This document shows, one piece after another, positions 28,503 to 43,383 of a stretch of 64,000 nt of DNA (within the stretch, counting starts at the first letter, position 1; every line of letters begins with the position of its first letter). Made by a program: the position numbers and the translations under genes. The notes under the pieces are model-generated. The model searched no databases and was not told the origin of the DNA. It saw nothing but the letters and a program-made list of their open reading frames with translations. The stretch lies in assembly GCA_964016885.1 (NCBI GenBank), contig OZ024761.1, positions 15,004,001-15,068,000 on the forward strand, read 5' to 3'. The DNA comes from Eledone cirrhosa (Eukaryota).

Positions 28503-28895
28503 AGGGCGGTGGATTGGCAGTATCGGTAGAGGATCGGATGCCAAGCTTTGACGCATTGAGTTACGGCCCTTGTCATTCTGAGTTCAAATCCCACTGAGGT
28601 TAACTTTGCCTTTCATCCTTGCGGGGTCGATAAAATAAAGTACCAGTAATACACTGGGGTATTAGCTGGCCTTGTGCCAAAAGTAGAAACAATTATTATT
28701 ATTATTCAGTATCGGTAGAGGGTCGGACGCCATGCTTTACAGCATAGTTATGTCCCTTTACGATCTGAGTTCAAATCCCGCCGAGGTTGACTTTGCCTTT
28801 CATCCTTATGGGGTCGATAAAATAAAGTACCAGTAATGCACTGGGTAATTGCTGGCCTTGTGCCTAAAGTAGAAACAATTATTATTATTATTATT
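28503..28895 (+). mobile_element. Meta-like SINE pair
   Basis: Two tandem copies. Confidence 0.88.
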
Positions 28896-29103
28896 ATATA
28901 TGTGTATATATATATGAAAAGAGTCAGGACCCCGATGGCTCAGCTCTGGCAGTTTCGATAGCAGATCTAGCTGTTGAAATGGCCAGAACTCAGCTGTCAG
29001 GGTCCTGACATTTTTCATATTACCTAATCTACTACCCTAAGTATTGAGTACTCTAGTGCGTTATGGTCCACTTGGTATCTTACCACACCCTCTTTGTTTG
29101 TTA

Positions 29104-29148
<45 letters not shown>

Positions 29149-30136
29149 TCAAGGATGGATTCAGTTTGAAACCGGTTAGACCATTACTCAACAGAATACT
29201 CAATACTTGGGGTAGTAGAGTATGGTTATACTATAAAGAGTTGGGACCCAACAGCTGAGCTCTTGCCATTTCAACAGCTAGTTCTGGAACTACTTATAAT
29301 ATATATATATATATATATAGGAAAATATTTAACCCCGACAGCAGAGCTCAAGCCGTTTCGACGGATATTTCTGGACTCTAACATTTTCCTATTACTTACT
29401 CTACTACCCTAAGTATTGAGCACTCTGGTGCGTTATGGTCCACCTGGTTCCTTACCACACCTCCTTTGTTATATATATATATATATAGAGAGGGAGAGAG
29501 AAAGAGAAAGAGAGTATTATTAAAAACGCCATAATCTAGATGAGTAGGAATAGCTTTTACTGCAACACTTACACGTGTTTCATCATACGTATTATATATA
29601 AGTCTTGGAACGCTAAATTTGATTATTTCATTATTTTAATCAAAATTAATTCACATCCAACTACTTAGATATGTAGTTACAATGAATTTTCAAAGTGGAA
29701 TATAAATATATTGTATGTAAAGTATTGAACTTTCAAAACTCTGAGGTGTTATAAAGTTCATAGAAAATGTAGGAAACTCAACCACTTAAAATAACTGTAA
29801 ACACACTTGGTTACTAGAAATACATATTTTACACTCACTCACACATATATCTATGTAATACACATGCTTGCTGTATGTATATGATATGCATATGGTATGT
29901 GTGTATACATACACACATAAATGGAGTCTTGCTGTCTGAATGTGGCAAGTGGGGAAAAAAAAAACTCCTATCATTTGAAACTATCCATACAATTTCAAGG
30001 GCAAAACTCCCTTTCGAGATGTTTGGTCATGAAATGAAGCAGGGGAGATAACTTCTATAGCTTTAGCTGATCCAGCTTTTTTAAGACAATGTCATGAGGG
30101 TGGACCTTGTCTCTCTAAGCCAACTTGGTAAAAGCA

Positions 30137-30173
30137 TCAAACATGTTTCAGCCTTGTTAGACTTTCTCAGTGA
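30137..30173 (-). ncRNA. Degenerate minimal hammerhead
   Basis: Minus strand tca-CTGAGAA-agtct-aaca-aggct-GAAACATGTT-tga. Confidence 0.55.
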
Positions 30174-31117
30174 ACCCTATTTACTTTGCAAGCTGGGATG
30201 AAGGTGTATGGTCAGATAACGATGTAGGATAAGGAAAAGAAATTCTGTGGTGAATGTTTGGGTCAGCAATACCTGAGAGGTGGGTAGGGGGGGGAGTATT
30301 CTGCATAAGGTGATGACATACAAAGAGAAAGAGACAGAAAGAGAAATATGGATATATTAATCCAAATATATATATATATGTGTGTGTGTGTATATATATA
30401 AATATATATATGTATTATGTATAAGTGTTTATATATATAGAGAGAGAGAGAAAGAGAGAGTTGTAAAATCCCGACTGCACCGCTAAGCGGTTTTGGCTTA
30501 TGAGTATGTCTGTGTATATGTATATATATGTATATATAGTAATAGTGTATATTACCCGATTACCAGTCAGATAAGTAACTCAATGTAATGTAAATGCCTT
30601 AAACACAATTTGATTGTTATTTATGTTGTGTGTGTGTATATAGATATAGATATACACACACACACACATAAAAACATTCATGTATAAAGTAAGGGTTTGA
30701 AATTAGCAATGTCTTAACATAGGAATTACTGTTACAATATGTACAACAAACCAATATGTTTTGGGTTTTTATATAAATACTATTGTTTTTCCTTTGTGTT
30801 TTTTTTTTAAACCCCAGTTACGTGTTATTCATGTTGTTGTTGAAAATGGTTGTTATTTGTGATTTTTTTTTGTCTCTTAATGTTTTTTTTTTTTTCATTT
30901 TTCTTTAATATTCCCATTGGTGACTGTTGTCTTGTGGTTGTTGTTGTTATTGTGGTTGTCTAATGTGATTGTTGTTGTTGTTGTTATGGTAAGCTTAAAG
31001 TTTTGTGAAACATTTTTTTATTGTCATTATTTGTTATTAAAGTTTTGGCTCTCTGTGGGGTGATGTTTATCTCATTATTATTATCATTTTTATCATCATG
31101 ATTATTGTTATTGTTGC

Positions 31118-31564
31118 TGGTTTGGCAGTATCCGTAGAGCATTGGACAAAATGCTTTGCAGCAAATTATTATTATTTTTATTATTATTATTATTAAAAAG
31201 ACTCTTTGCACCATAGAGTTACGGGCCTTTATTATCCGAGTTCAAATCCTGCTGAGGCTAACTTTGTTTTCATCCTTGCAGGGTCGATAAAATAAAGTAC
31301 CAGTAATGCACTGGGGTAATTGCTGGCCCCTTGTGCCAAAAGTAGAAACAATTATTATTAAAGGGCGATGGATTGGCAGTATCGGTAGATGGTCGGACGC
31401 CATGCTTTGCAGCATAGAGTTACGGCCCTTTATGATCTGAGTTCAATTCCCGCCGAGGTTAACTTTGCCTCTCATCCTTACGGGGGGTCGATAAAATAAA
31501 GTACCAGCAATGTACTGGGGTAATCGCTGGCCCCTTGTGCCAAAAAGTAGAAACAATTATTATT
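31118..31564 (+). mobile_element. Meta-like SINE pair just upstream of the HIPK acceptor
   Basis: Two tandem copies. Confidence 0.88.
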
Positions 31565-31619
31565 TATATAATCCAGCATGTGTTTAGTTTATATTTTTTT
31601 TCTTGTTGTTTTTTTGCAG

Positions 31620-32006
31620 GGAGTACCGGCACCCTACTACGACCACCACGGTGCAGGGCAGCCCTGTACATCATTTCATTGTTCCGGCCCATCAGCAGCC
31701 ACAGATGACTATTTCGGGGGTCGGCCAGTTCGCTAGCCTCGCCCCTCCACCCGCGCACCAGAGCCCCCGACACGTGCAGTACACCAGCCACCCTCTGCCG
31801 GCGCACATTCACCCGATGCTGCAGCCGGCCACGATGCAGCCGGGCGCAGCGGTCCAGCCGATGCAGCCCCAACCCCAGCCGATGATGCAGCCCCAACCCC
31901 AGCCCCAACCGCAGCCGACGGCGACGATCCACACCCAGATTCACCACCCCCAGTACGCCAGCCACGGCAACTTCATCAACTCTGCAACGGCTGCGGCGGC
32001 GGCTGC

Positions 32007-32042
<36 letters not shown>

Positions 32043-32133
32043 TGGGGGTGGGATCTACACCACCTACCCCCTCAGTCCAGCCAAGAGCAGTCGACAATAC
32101 CAGTACCTCTACCCTACCTTTGCTGGTGAGTGA
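31620..32133 (+). CDS. HIPK: HIPK C-terminal (YH-rich) coding exon
   Basis: Acceptor tttttgcAG (31618-31619); AG2917+G31620 = Arg, phase 2 compatible; translates EYRHP...QSPRHVQYT...A18[29 protein letters not shown], matching the HIPK2 end YTGYPLSPAKVNQYPYI; GC-rich island in AT-rich DNA. Confidence 0.93.
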
Positions 32134-34058
32134 GACACCACCATCTACGACACCAACTACAACACCAACTACCACACCAACTACAACACCATCTACGACA
32201 CCATCTACGACACCATCTACAACACCAACTACAGCACCAACTACAACACCAACTACAACACCGACTACAACACCAACTACAGCACCAACTACAACACCAA
32301 CTACAGCACCAACTACAACACCGACTACAACACCAACTACCACACCAACTACAGCACCAACTACAACACCAACTACAACACCATCTACGACACCAACTAC
32401 AACACCAACTACAACACCAACTACAACACCAACTACAACACCAACTACAGCACCAACTACAACACCAACTACAGCACCAACTACGACACCAACTACGACA
32501 CCAACTACAACACCAACTACAGCACCAACTACGACACCAACTACAACACCAACTACACCACCAACTACGACACCAACTACAACACCGACTACAGCACCGA
32601 CTACAGCACCAACTACAACACCAACTACAGCACCAACTACGACACCAACTACAACACCAACTACAACACCAACTACAACACCAACTACAACACCAACTAC
32701 ACCACCAACTACACCACCATCTACAACACCAACTACAACACCAACTACAACACCAACTACAACACCAACTACACCACCAACTACAACACCATCTACAACA
32801 CCAACTACAACACCGACTACAACACCGACTACGACACCAACTACAACACCAACTACAACACCAACTACGACACCAACTACAACACCAACTACAGCACCAA
32901 CTACAACACCGACTACGACACCAACTACAGCACCAACTACAACACCATCCACAACACCATCTACAACACCAACTACAACACCAACTACAACACCATCTAC
33001 AACACCAACTTCAGCAACAACTACAACACCGACTACAACACCGACTACAACACCAACTACAACATCTTCAACTACAACATTAGCTACAACACCTACTGCA
33101 ACTGCAACATTAACTACAACACATCAACAACAACTACAATACCAACTGCAACTACAACACCAACTGCAACAACATCTTAAACTACAACATTAGCTACAAC
33201 ACCTACTGCAACTGCAACATTAACTACAACACATCAACAACAACTACAACAGCAACTGCAACTACAACACCAACTGCAACAACATCTTCAACTACAGCAT
33301 TAACGACAACAACAACTACAACATTAGCTACAACACCTACTGCAACTGCAACATTAACTACAACATATTAACAACAACTACAACAGCAACACCAACTGCA
33401 ACACATCAACAACAACACCACACCATCAACACCATCACCAACAATAACCATACCACACCAACACCACCAACACCACCAACACCACACCAACACCATTACA
33501 CCAACATCATGTCAACAACACCACCACACCATACACCACCACATCATCAACATCTCACCATCAACACCACACCATCAACACTACCACCAACACCACTACA
33601 CCACACCATCAACACTACCGCCAACACCACTACACCACCTCATACACACCACCAACACCACTACACCACATCATACACACCACACCATCAACACCACAAC
33701 ACCACATCATCCACACCACAGCACACCACACCATCAACACCACTACACCACATCATACACACCACACCATCAACACCACAACACCACATCATCCACACCA
33801 CACCACCAACACCACTACACCACATCATACACACCACACCATCAACACCACAACACCACATCATCCACACCACACCACACCACACCACCAACACCACTAC
33901 ACCACATCATCCACACCACACCACACCACACCATCAACACTACCACCAACACAATTACACCAATACCACCACTACACAAACACTACTAGACACCACCAAC
34001 ACCACTACACCACCACCAACACCACCACCACCAACACCACCACCACCACCACCACCAT
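32134..34058. repeat. 12-bp minisatellite, then about 120-bp higher-order and CAC-rich repeats
   Basis: acaccaactaca units start right after the HIPK stop codon. Confidence 0.95.
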
Positions 34059-34548
34059 GTTGGTTTCGGTGTATATCCTCTCTTGCCTTGACCAAACCAA
34101 ACCAAACATTTTTTTTGTTTTTGTTTTTGGTGGAGTGGAGTGGAGTGGAGTGGAGTGGAGTGGAGTGGCGGAGGGGTTGGCTTCATTGACTCCCTCCCAC
34201 CCCTCCAATCTGTCCACCAACCTGACCACCACCACCACCACCACCACTATCACCACTACACAAATTGTATCTCGACTACTGAAGCTGGCAATGCATCTAC
34301 CTGCACCCTGAAGACGACAGTATGTGCAGCAAGGTGATTACTTGCTGGGTTCCGAATTACCAATCAGATAATAATTTTAATGAAAAATTTTTTTTTAAAA
34401 TTCTTTTCTAAAATCTCACCCCACACACCACCCCCCACCCCACCCCCAGCCCCACCCACGCTTGATATAGTTTTACACCTCCATGGCCTTTTTTTTTTCT
34501 TCTACCATTAAAAAAAAATGTTTTAAATACATATATAGATGTATATAG

Positions 34549-34579
<31 letters not shown>

Positions 34580-34679
34580 ATATATAACATAGTATAATAT
34601 AATATAATATAATATATGATATATTTTATTTTGTTTTATTTATATATATATATATATGAGTATATACATAGATATTGTG

Positions 34680-34711
<32 letters not shown>

Positions 34712-34780
34712 TACATAGATATTATGTATATATATATATATATATACATAGATATTATGTATATATATATACATAGATAT

Positions 34781-34831
<51 letters not shown>

Positions 34832-34850
34832 ATATATATATATATATATA

Positions 34851-34930
34851 TTGGGTGGTCAAGTATGAAACTTGTAGGAAAAAGAAAGTTTGTTAATGCC
34901 TCTCTACAAATTTCATACTTGACGACCCAA
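34851..34930. mobile_element. Mariner-type mini-MITE in (TA)n (second copy about 52949-53028)
   Basis: TIR ttgggtggtcaagtatgaaa / tttcatacttgacgacccaa flanked by TA. Confidence 0.7.
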
Positions 34931-34936
34931 TATATG

Positions 34937-34979
<43 letters not shown>

Positions 34980-35334
34980 ATATATGTATGTATATGTGTA
35001 TATATGTGTATATATATATGTATGTATATGTGTATATATGTATATATATATGTATGTATATGTGTATATATGTATATATATATATGTGTATATATGTATA
35101 TATATGTGTATATATGTATATATATATGTATGTATATGTGTATATATGTATATATATACGTATATATATGTGTATATATGTATATATATATATATATATA
35201 TGTGTATATATGTACATATATATATATATATGTATATGTATATATATGCATATGTATGTATATGTATGTATATATATATGTTTTTATATATATACATATA
35301 CATATATAAATATATATATATATATATGTAGATA

Positions 35335-35730
35335 AATCTACCAAAAGTTTACGGTAGTGTCCAATCCGTATGAAGAACTCAATGTAATCCGGATATCATG
35401 GAAAGAAGAGATGCATTCAAAAATCACTTTCGGTGAAAGATAAACGGAATACAGAGTCAAGATAAAATGTTAAAAAAATAATGAATAAAACAATGAAACA
35501 GTTCCTTATATTAAACAAAAAAAGTTCATTATTTAACGATTGTTTCTAGGACATATATGTGTTAGAATTGGCATGCATATTCAACAGATCTATGTACAAA
35601 ATTATACAAAATTATACAAACTATCAAATATAATATACATACCAACACATATATATGCCGTCTTCAGAAATTTTGTTTAATATAAGGAACTGTTTCATTG
35701 TTTTATTCATTATTTTTTTAACATTTTATA
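35335..35730 (-). mobile_element. Penelope-like fold-back with hammerhead and tail
   Basis: Arms about 35462-35520 / 35671-35729; partial second copy 39775-39972. Confidence 0.78.
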
Positions 35731-35931
35731 TATATATGTATATATATATATATATATATGTATATTAAATTCTGTTCTTCACTGTGTAACCCAATCAATG
35801 ATGTGAGATATGTTCAATCTCACATCACCACCATTTTGTTATACACGCACACACACACATATTTATGTGTGTGTGTGCGTTTGTATGTATGTATGTGCAT
35901 GTATGTATGTATGTATATATATATATATATA

Positions 35932-36100
35932 TATTAATTCAAAATATTAACAAAATAGATATTCTTGTGATCAAGAAGAATATCTATTTTGTTAATATTT
36001 TGAATTAATATTAATAACTCTGGAAAACCAATTTCCTGTTGAGTGCTTCCAATCTATTGTAAAACTCATTCATTGATTTATTCATTGAACTTTAACTTTT
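35932..36100 (+). mobile_element. Short fold-back with tail
   Basis: Arms 35932-35966 / 35976-36010; ACTC-tggaaa..tttcctg-tt-GAGT at 36017-36044. Confidence 0.7.
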
Positions 36101-36102
36101 AA

Positions 36103-36136
<34 letters not shown>

Positions 36137-36150
36137 GTTTGTGTATGGAC

Positions 36151-36202
<52 letters not shown>

Positions 36203-36227
36203 GTTTGTGTATGGACCTGTGTATATG

Positions 36228-36265
<38 letters not shown>

Positions 36266-36425
36266 ATTCGTTTTTCTAAGTGTATGTATTCATGTATAAC
36301 TACCATGGAGTTGCCTTCAAGAAGTTAAATACTTCTTGGTCTGTTGGTCTGTCTGTGCAGGGAATATACTATATATATGTATATATATATATATATATAT
36401 GTGTATATATATATATATATATGTG

Positions 36426-36516
<91 letters not shown>

Positions 36517-36641
36517 GTATATATATACATATATATATATGTATACATATATATATATGTATACATATATATATATGTATACATATATATATATGTATAC
36601 ATATATATATATATATACATGTATATATATATATATACATG

Positions 36642-36691
<50 letters not shown>

Positions 36692-36724
36692 CACATATAT
36701 ATATATATATACATATATATATAC

Positions 36725-36853
<129 letters not shown>

Positions 36854-37228
36854 ATTTATATATTCTCTGTCTCTCTTCTGCCTAAACCCAACACCACCTC
36901 AAATTACTAAAGTCTTGACACCCCTTCCTTTCCCATGATATGACCCCTTCATCCTCGTGGTAGCTAAGTATTCACAATATCCTTTGGCATGTCTGGTGGT
37001 GTGGGGGTATAAAAATACACTAATGTTTATGTGCATGCATATATATATAAATGTGTGTGTGTACATATATATATATATATATATATGTATTTGTTGTATA
37101 TAAACCTATTATATATGTTTATATATATCTTCGTATATACCTGTATTATGTTTAAATGCTACCGCCAATATATACATACTTAAATATATATGTGTATATA
37201 TATATATATATTATATTATATATTATAT

Positions 37229-37266
<38 letters not shown>

Positions 37267-37270
37267 ATAT

Positions 37271-37319
<49 letters not shown>

Positions 37320-37425
37320 ATATATATATGTATATTATATATATATGTATATTATATATATATATATATTATATATATATATATGTATATTATATATATA
37401 TATATTATATATATATATATATATG

Positions 37426-37477
<52 letters not shown>

Positions 37478-37590
37478 CTTATATATATATTATATTATAT
37501 ATATATATATGTATATATACAAATATATATATAATATTTATGTATATATTATATGTATATATATTATATTTTATATTATATGTATATATA

Positions 37591-37621
<31 letters not shown>

Positions 37622-37727
37622 TTTATATTATATATATGTATATATACAAATATATATTTAATATTTATGTATATATTATATATATATGTATATATATTAT
37701 ATTTTATATATATATATATATATATTA

Positions 37728-37862
37728 TTATTATGTAATAAACAACATAAGGCAATTATTCCATTAATAATGTTTATTACATAATAATAATAATAATTAA
37801 GCTCTGTTGCCTACATAGAGCACTCTTTTTCCTGGACTTTTCCGATGGAATTACTTCATTTA
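37728..37862 (+). mobile_element. Short fold-back with tail (same family as 39990-40182 on -)
   Basis: attatgtaataaaca / tgtttattacataat arms; GCTC-tgt-tgcct-aca-ta-GAGC tail hairpin. Confidence 0.7.
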
Positions 37863-37863
37863 C

Positions 37864-37897
<34 letters not shown>

Positions 37898-38187
37898 GTA
37901 CAATAGATGTCGAATGACACCTCCTTCAAGTTTCATGTGAGTTTCATGTTACAAGGTTCAATAAACTAAACAGACTCATCAGGCTTACAGAAAAACTCAG
38001 TTTGGAGAAACTTTTATAAAAGAGGCAACCATTTTCTTTGTGTCTTTCATTGAAGATCGGGTTGAGGGTCTAACATGGTCCTTTACTGCCACAATACTTC
38101 CCACGCAACATGAAAAACAAACACACACTCGCACACATATTCAAATATATACATACTTATTTTAATATATATATATATATATATATA

Positions 38188-38420
38188 TTAAGAGAGTAAA
38201 ACAAAGAATCCTTTAATACATCAAAAGTTTTTATGATGAGTCCTTAATAGGACGAAACATTGTCGGCTAATAAAAACTTTTGATGTATTAAAGGATTCTT
38301 TGTTTTACTCTCTTAATTTTTTGGCTCTGTTTAACTGCATTGAGCTATACCTTTTACTGTCATTTCTATAATACGAAGAGGGTGTTTGACTCCAACACGC
38401 TCCAGTATTTTAATCCTTAT
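38188..38420 (+). mobile_element. Fold-back enclosing a hammerhead core, with tail
   Basis: Perfect arms 38188-38233 / 38271-38316; GCTC-tgt..gca-tt-GAGC 38324-38345. Confidence 0.8.
38234..38264 (+). ncRNA. Hammerhead ribozyme core truncated at the first C by an inversion junction
   Basis: TGATGA-GTCCT-taat-AGGAC-GAAAC-att-GTC, a canonical core. Confidence 0.8.
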
Positions 38421-38534
38421 ATATATATATATATATATATGAAAAAAATCTCACAAATAGACTAAACAGTGTATTAACAGAGTTCATATTTTATAGCATA
38501 TATACACACACACACACCACTACACATATATATA

Positions 38535-38568
<34 letters not shown>

Positions 38569-38642
38569 CAATATATAGTAAGAAACACAGTAAACCGTGT
38601 GTCCAAAATTATACTTAGAGCTTAATGGTTACAGGGTTCTAA

Positions 38643-38677
<35 letters not shown>

Positions 38678-38779
38678 AAAATCTCACAAATAGACTAAAC
38701 AGTGTATTAACAGAGTTCATATTTTATAGCATATATACACACACACACACCACTACACATATATATATATGTGTGTGTG

Positions 38780-38858
<79 letters not shown>

Positions 38859-39493
38859 TACATACATATATATGTATGTAGGTATAATTCAACAATGATT
38901 TCTAAAAGCTAAATAAATGGTTTATACACATATATGTATATAGAATGCTTGTGAAAGAATTGAAAAGTATACAATCAATGTAGAAGTGAAATTTTATTTT
39001 ATGAAGACACTACATGAACAGGCCACATGGACTCACACTTTCTTCCTCCTCAGCCATTACTCCAATCAACTCAACACACCACCCCCACTATGTATTACTG
39101 CTTGTCATTCTGAAGTCAAACTCTGTAGTAATTTTTTTTATACAACAAATAAATTAAGTTCAATTCCCTTGCTAAAACATGGGTTAACTTTGTGGGCCCT
39201 ATAACAGTTTTTTTTTTTTTTTTTTTTTTTTAAGCAATGTTTTTACAATCAAATGTGATTCCTGTTTCTAATGTCTTTTAGTTGCCCCTTGTGGAATGTA
39301 GGGATACAATGTACCTAGTTTAAACGAGATCCATACACTTTTAATAACAGACGGGATTTCTCCTTCCTGAACGTGACCGCCTCAACATTTTTTTTTCTTC
39401 CATCACCACTGCTACTGTCATTCCACTGCCCCTCCACCACCATCCGAACCATATATGAAGATATAGAATAGATAGTGTATGTATATATGTATA

Positions 39494-39537
<44 letters not shown>

Positions 39538-39541
<4 letters not shown>

Positions 39542-39756
39542 AAAAGAGTCATGACCCCGACAGCTGAGCTCTGGCCGTTTCGACAGCTATATCCGAACTA
39601 ACACTGCTGGCTCAGTTCAGATCTAGCTATCGAAACAGCCGGAGCTTAGCTGTGAGGGACCTGACTCTTTTCCTATTACCCACTCTACTATTCTAAGTAT
39701 CAAGTATTCTGGTGCATTATGGTCTACCTGGTTTCTTACCACACTTTCTTTGTTAG
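39538..39756 (+). mobile_element. Most abundant fold-back family (copies also at 28915-29097, 29150-29292 (-), 29318-29471, 45461-45665, 45708-45822, 62231-62362, 63830-63895)
   Basis: Inverted arm starts at or near ataggaaaa, loop differs per copy, 3' half of a hammerhead (consensus GAAAC-GGCTG-gagct-CAGCC-GTC), shared tail actctactaccctaagtattgagtactctggtgcgttatggtccacctgg...ctttgtta. Confidence 0.82.
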
Positions 39757-39835
39757 ATATATATATATATATAAATTATTAAAAAAATAATGAATAAACA
39801 AAGAAACAGTTCCTTATATTAAACAAAAAAAGTTC

Positions 39836-39972
39836 ATTATTTTACGATCGTTTCTAGGACATATATGTGTTAGAATTGGTATGCATATTCAAAAGATCTA
39901 TGTACAATATTATACAAACTATCAGAGGGAATATACATACCTTCACATATATATGCTGTCTTCAGAAATAAT
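39836..39972 (-). ncRNA. Hammerhead ribozyme with extended stem II (second copy about 35528-35671, -)
   Basis: Minus strand attattt-CTGAAGA-cagcatatatatgtg...cacatatatgtccta-GAAACGATCGTA-aaataat. Confidence 0.78.
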
Positions 39973-40080
39973 ATATATATATATATATGAATGAAGTGTT
40001 GCCATGATAAAGGTAAAGGAAGGAAGAGTGCTCTATGTAAAGTACAGAGCTATTTAATTATGACATCCTTATTAAATTTT

Positions 40081-40149
40081 CCTTTCTGATGAACGACTTC
40101 AGACACCTCTATTGAGGTCGCCTGTCTTCGTGAAACCTTTGGTAAATGG
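40081..40149 (+). ncRNA. Hammerhead ribozyme
   Basis: ccttt-CTGATGA-acga...tcgt-GAAA-CC-ttt-GG-TA-aatgg. Confidence 0.82.
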
Positions 40150-41116
40150 AATAATTGTATTGTGTTCTGTATTACATAATTATATATATATATATTATCT
40201 GTCATAGAAATTCAATTCCATCTCTATATATTCCCTGTACAGCTAAAGCACCACCACCGCCACAAATACATACTACCACCCTCACCATCCTCACCACCCC
40301 CACTTCCTGTCCCGCCACACTGCTCACACTAACATACAACCTTCAAAGGGCTTTCATTCAAACGTCTAATTACAGTTGTGATGCTGCTAATTAATCAATT
40401 AATTAATCGGCTCGCTGTGTCCTGGGTTCAACTCCTACAAATGTCATCAGCGAGTTTGGGGGGAAAGGGGTCTCTGTAAAATTATGAACCGGTCCATTGG
40501 CAGTGAATTGGGTAAAATCATTAGGGTGTCGGTTCGAAAATGTGCCTCATGTTGGGTTTTTTTTTTTTTTTTTTTTTTTTCGGCTCTGTGCATTCTTGTG
40601 GCCTATAGGGGCCTACTACATTAATAGTTTTAATCCAATGATTCCTCCACCTCCATCACCATCACCACTACTACTATCACCTGACTCTTGGCTGTCTTTG
40701 GTGGAATCACTCTTGGGACAGACTTCCCCACTACCCTCCAGTTTTGAGGACACCTACCTCCTTCCATCCCCTAGTCTCGGAAGCCCTGAAAAGGGTGATG
40801 GGCACTACCCCTCCCCCCTCACTAAACAGAAGGGAGAGAGGGATAAAGAATAATAATTCCACCATTTGAAAGACATATTTTGGTATCTGGTGAGATTCCT
40901 CTACCAACATTTATGATAAGTCTTATCTTTATGATATGTCTTATTCTATTATTAGTCTTATTTTAATGATTAGTATTAGTTTAGGATTTTATTTCTTAAT
41001 TTCATTTTGTGCCTCCCCTTCCCCCCAGAAGAAAATACTCTTAATACTCATGTTACCCAATCTTTGAAAAGTATCCACCACCCTATTGTGTATCTCTCTC
41101 TCTGTCTCTCTCTCTC

Positions 41117-41168
<52 letters not shown>

Positions 41169-41730
41169 CAAATGCCTTAGTTGACAATTTTTTTTATTTT
41201 CACTTGAATGTGATTATTTTTTTTTTTTTTGTGACACATTAGCCTGAGAAACACAAAACCAGGCAGATTTTATTTAAATATTGATTCTTAATATAATATC
41301 CACATTTATTTCATATATTATAATTTAATATCAAACACAAATGTATTTTAATTTGGTTTAGTTTCTACATCAAAATCTTGATTTAATTTCTTCATCCAAC
41401 ACATAATTATTTTTGAAAACTCAACTCTAAACTCCTTCCGTATCCAAATCAAGCACATAATTATTATGTTTGCTTCTGTTTTTTTTCTAATAATTTTTTC
41501 CTTTTCTTTTCTCTTTTTTTTTTTTAAATTTTACTTTTCCCTGCTGAATTTTCTAAGTTTCTTTGGCTTCTGCGGGAAAAATCAAAACAGGCAAATGTTT
41601 AAAAAAAAAAAAAAATTATAACAGGGAAAAAGAAAAAAAAAACACGCTTCTCTGCATGTGTTTCATTTTGGTCACTGGTGATAATGTAAACGCTTCCGTA
41701 TGTATACATACTCTCTCTCTCAGACACATG

Positions 41731-41764
<34 letters not shown>

Positions 41765-41766
<2 letters not shown>

Positions 41767-41816
41767 GTAATAAAAAGACTAAAATCCGAAGAGGGCTCGA
41801 TAAGGATTATATATAT

Positions 41817-41861
<45 letters not shown>

Positions 41862-42010
41862 ATAGAGCAAATATTTTTTATATGTACAGATTAAAGTTTA
41901 AGCAAAGAATCATTGCTTTCACCCTTTTACGGGATCTTCTGAAACCGGAAGATCCCATAAAAGAGTGAATGCAGCAATTCTTTGCTTAAACTGTAATCTG
42001 TACATATAAT
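41765..42010 (-). mobile_element. Fold-back with tail
   Basis: Arms about 41879-41940 / 41947-42008; minus-strand tail GCTC-tatgg..(TA)n..cctta-tc-GAGC. Confidence 0.7.
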
Positions 42011-42012
42011 AA

Positions 42013-42127
<115 letters not shown>

Positions 42128-42204
42128 CAAACTCACAAATGTCTGTGTGTGTATAAAGTACATATATGTATAGATGTATACATGTATGTATGTATGTATA
42201 TATT

Positions 42205-42247
<43 letters not shown>

Positions 42248-42947
42248 TTGTATGTATATCTATATGTATACATATATATTCCAACTAAAATTTTAATGTT
42301 TTGATAATTAGTTCGTTTCCTTTAAATAATAATTATAATTATTATTATTATTGATATTATTATTATTATATCATTGTAATATCTTTTTTGTTTGTTTTTC
42401 TTTTTGTTGTTGAAATAACATATTTGATTGTGGGGTGGGGAGGTAAGGGGGTATTCTTTTTCTTGTTGTTGCTGTTTTTTTTTTGTTGTTTTTTTTTTTT
42501 TCTTTTGTAAATATTAAATTTGGGAGGAAAGGAAATAACATTTGAAAAAAAATAATATGTGCCTCCAACCATTTTGGTAGATTTTGGTGGAGGAGGGGAG
42601 GACAGAGAAGCAGGATGTTGGGCAGGGATGGAGGTGCAGAGGGGATCGGGGCTGGTCTCCCCCCTGATGGTGGTACTGGAGGTCACTGATGGTGATGGTG
42701 GTGGTGATGGCGGCGGCGGTGGTGGTGGTGGTGGTGGTGAGAGTAAAATATGGGAGATGAGGTGTGGAGAGGTTTTTTCTGGCCATCACGGTACTATGTC
42801 AATTACTCAGTAGCTACTTCTGAGGAGGAAGCAAGAGATCACTGTTGTCATAGTAGTGGTGCAAGTGACTGAGGGAGGAGAGAGAGAGAGAGGGAGAGCA
42901 TGCATGTGTGTGTGTGTATATATATATATATCTATATATATATATAA

Positions 42948-43350
42948 TGTAGGAGGTGAGTTTTATTGTAGTACAATAAAGCAATGCAGATATCGGATAA
43001 GAAGCACTCTACAGTTTGTAGGACTGGAGTATACATAATATAAGATCAAAAGATGGTTAAAGGAGTTCCATGTATTTTATTATGCGCATTTCAAAAACAA
43101 ACATCATCATGCAATAATATTTGTGTTTTCATCAGATAAAACAGGAGAACATGATATGAAGGCTAAAAAACACTTGTTGATAGTGCAGTTTTAAATCAAC
43201 ATAACTGCACTATCCACAAGTGTTTTTTAGCCTTCATATCATGTTCTCCTGTTTTATCTGATGAAAACACAAATATTATTGCATGATGATGTTTGTTTTT
43301 GAAATGCGCATAATAAAATACATGGAACTCCTTTAACCATCTTTTGATCT

Positions 43351-43358
<8 letters not shown>
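42948..43358 (-). mobile_element. Penelope-like fold-back element with 3' tail
   Basis: Arms 43035-43190 / 43203-43358, hammerhead in both, unpaired tail 42948-43034; flanked by (TA)n; relative at 13886-14150. Confidence 0.85.
43252..43318 (+). ncRNA. Minimal type I hammerhead ribozyme (mirror copy on - at about 43076-43141)
   Basis: ttttat-CTGATGA-aaacacaaatattatt..gatgatgtttgttttt-GAAA-TGCGCA-TA-ataaaa: stem I 6 bp, long stem II, palindromic stem III. Confidence 0.88.

Positions 43359-43383
<25 letters not shown>

Noticed and set aside
31564-33193. Mucin-like TTPT ORF (381 aa), QHQL ORF and antisense VVVG ORF
   Set aside because: A 12-bp minisatellite open in several frames, out of frame with HIPK and with no signal peptide.
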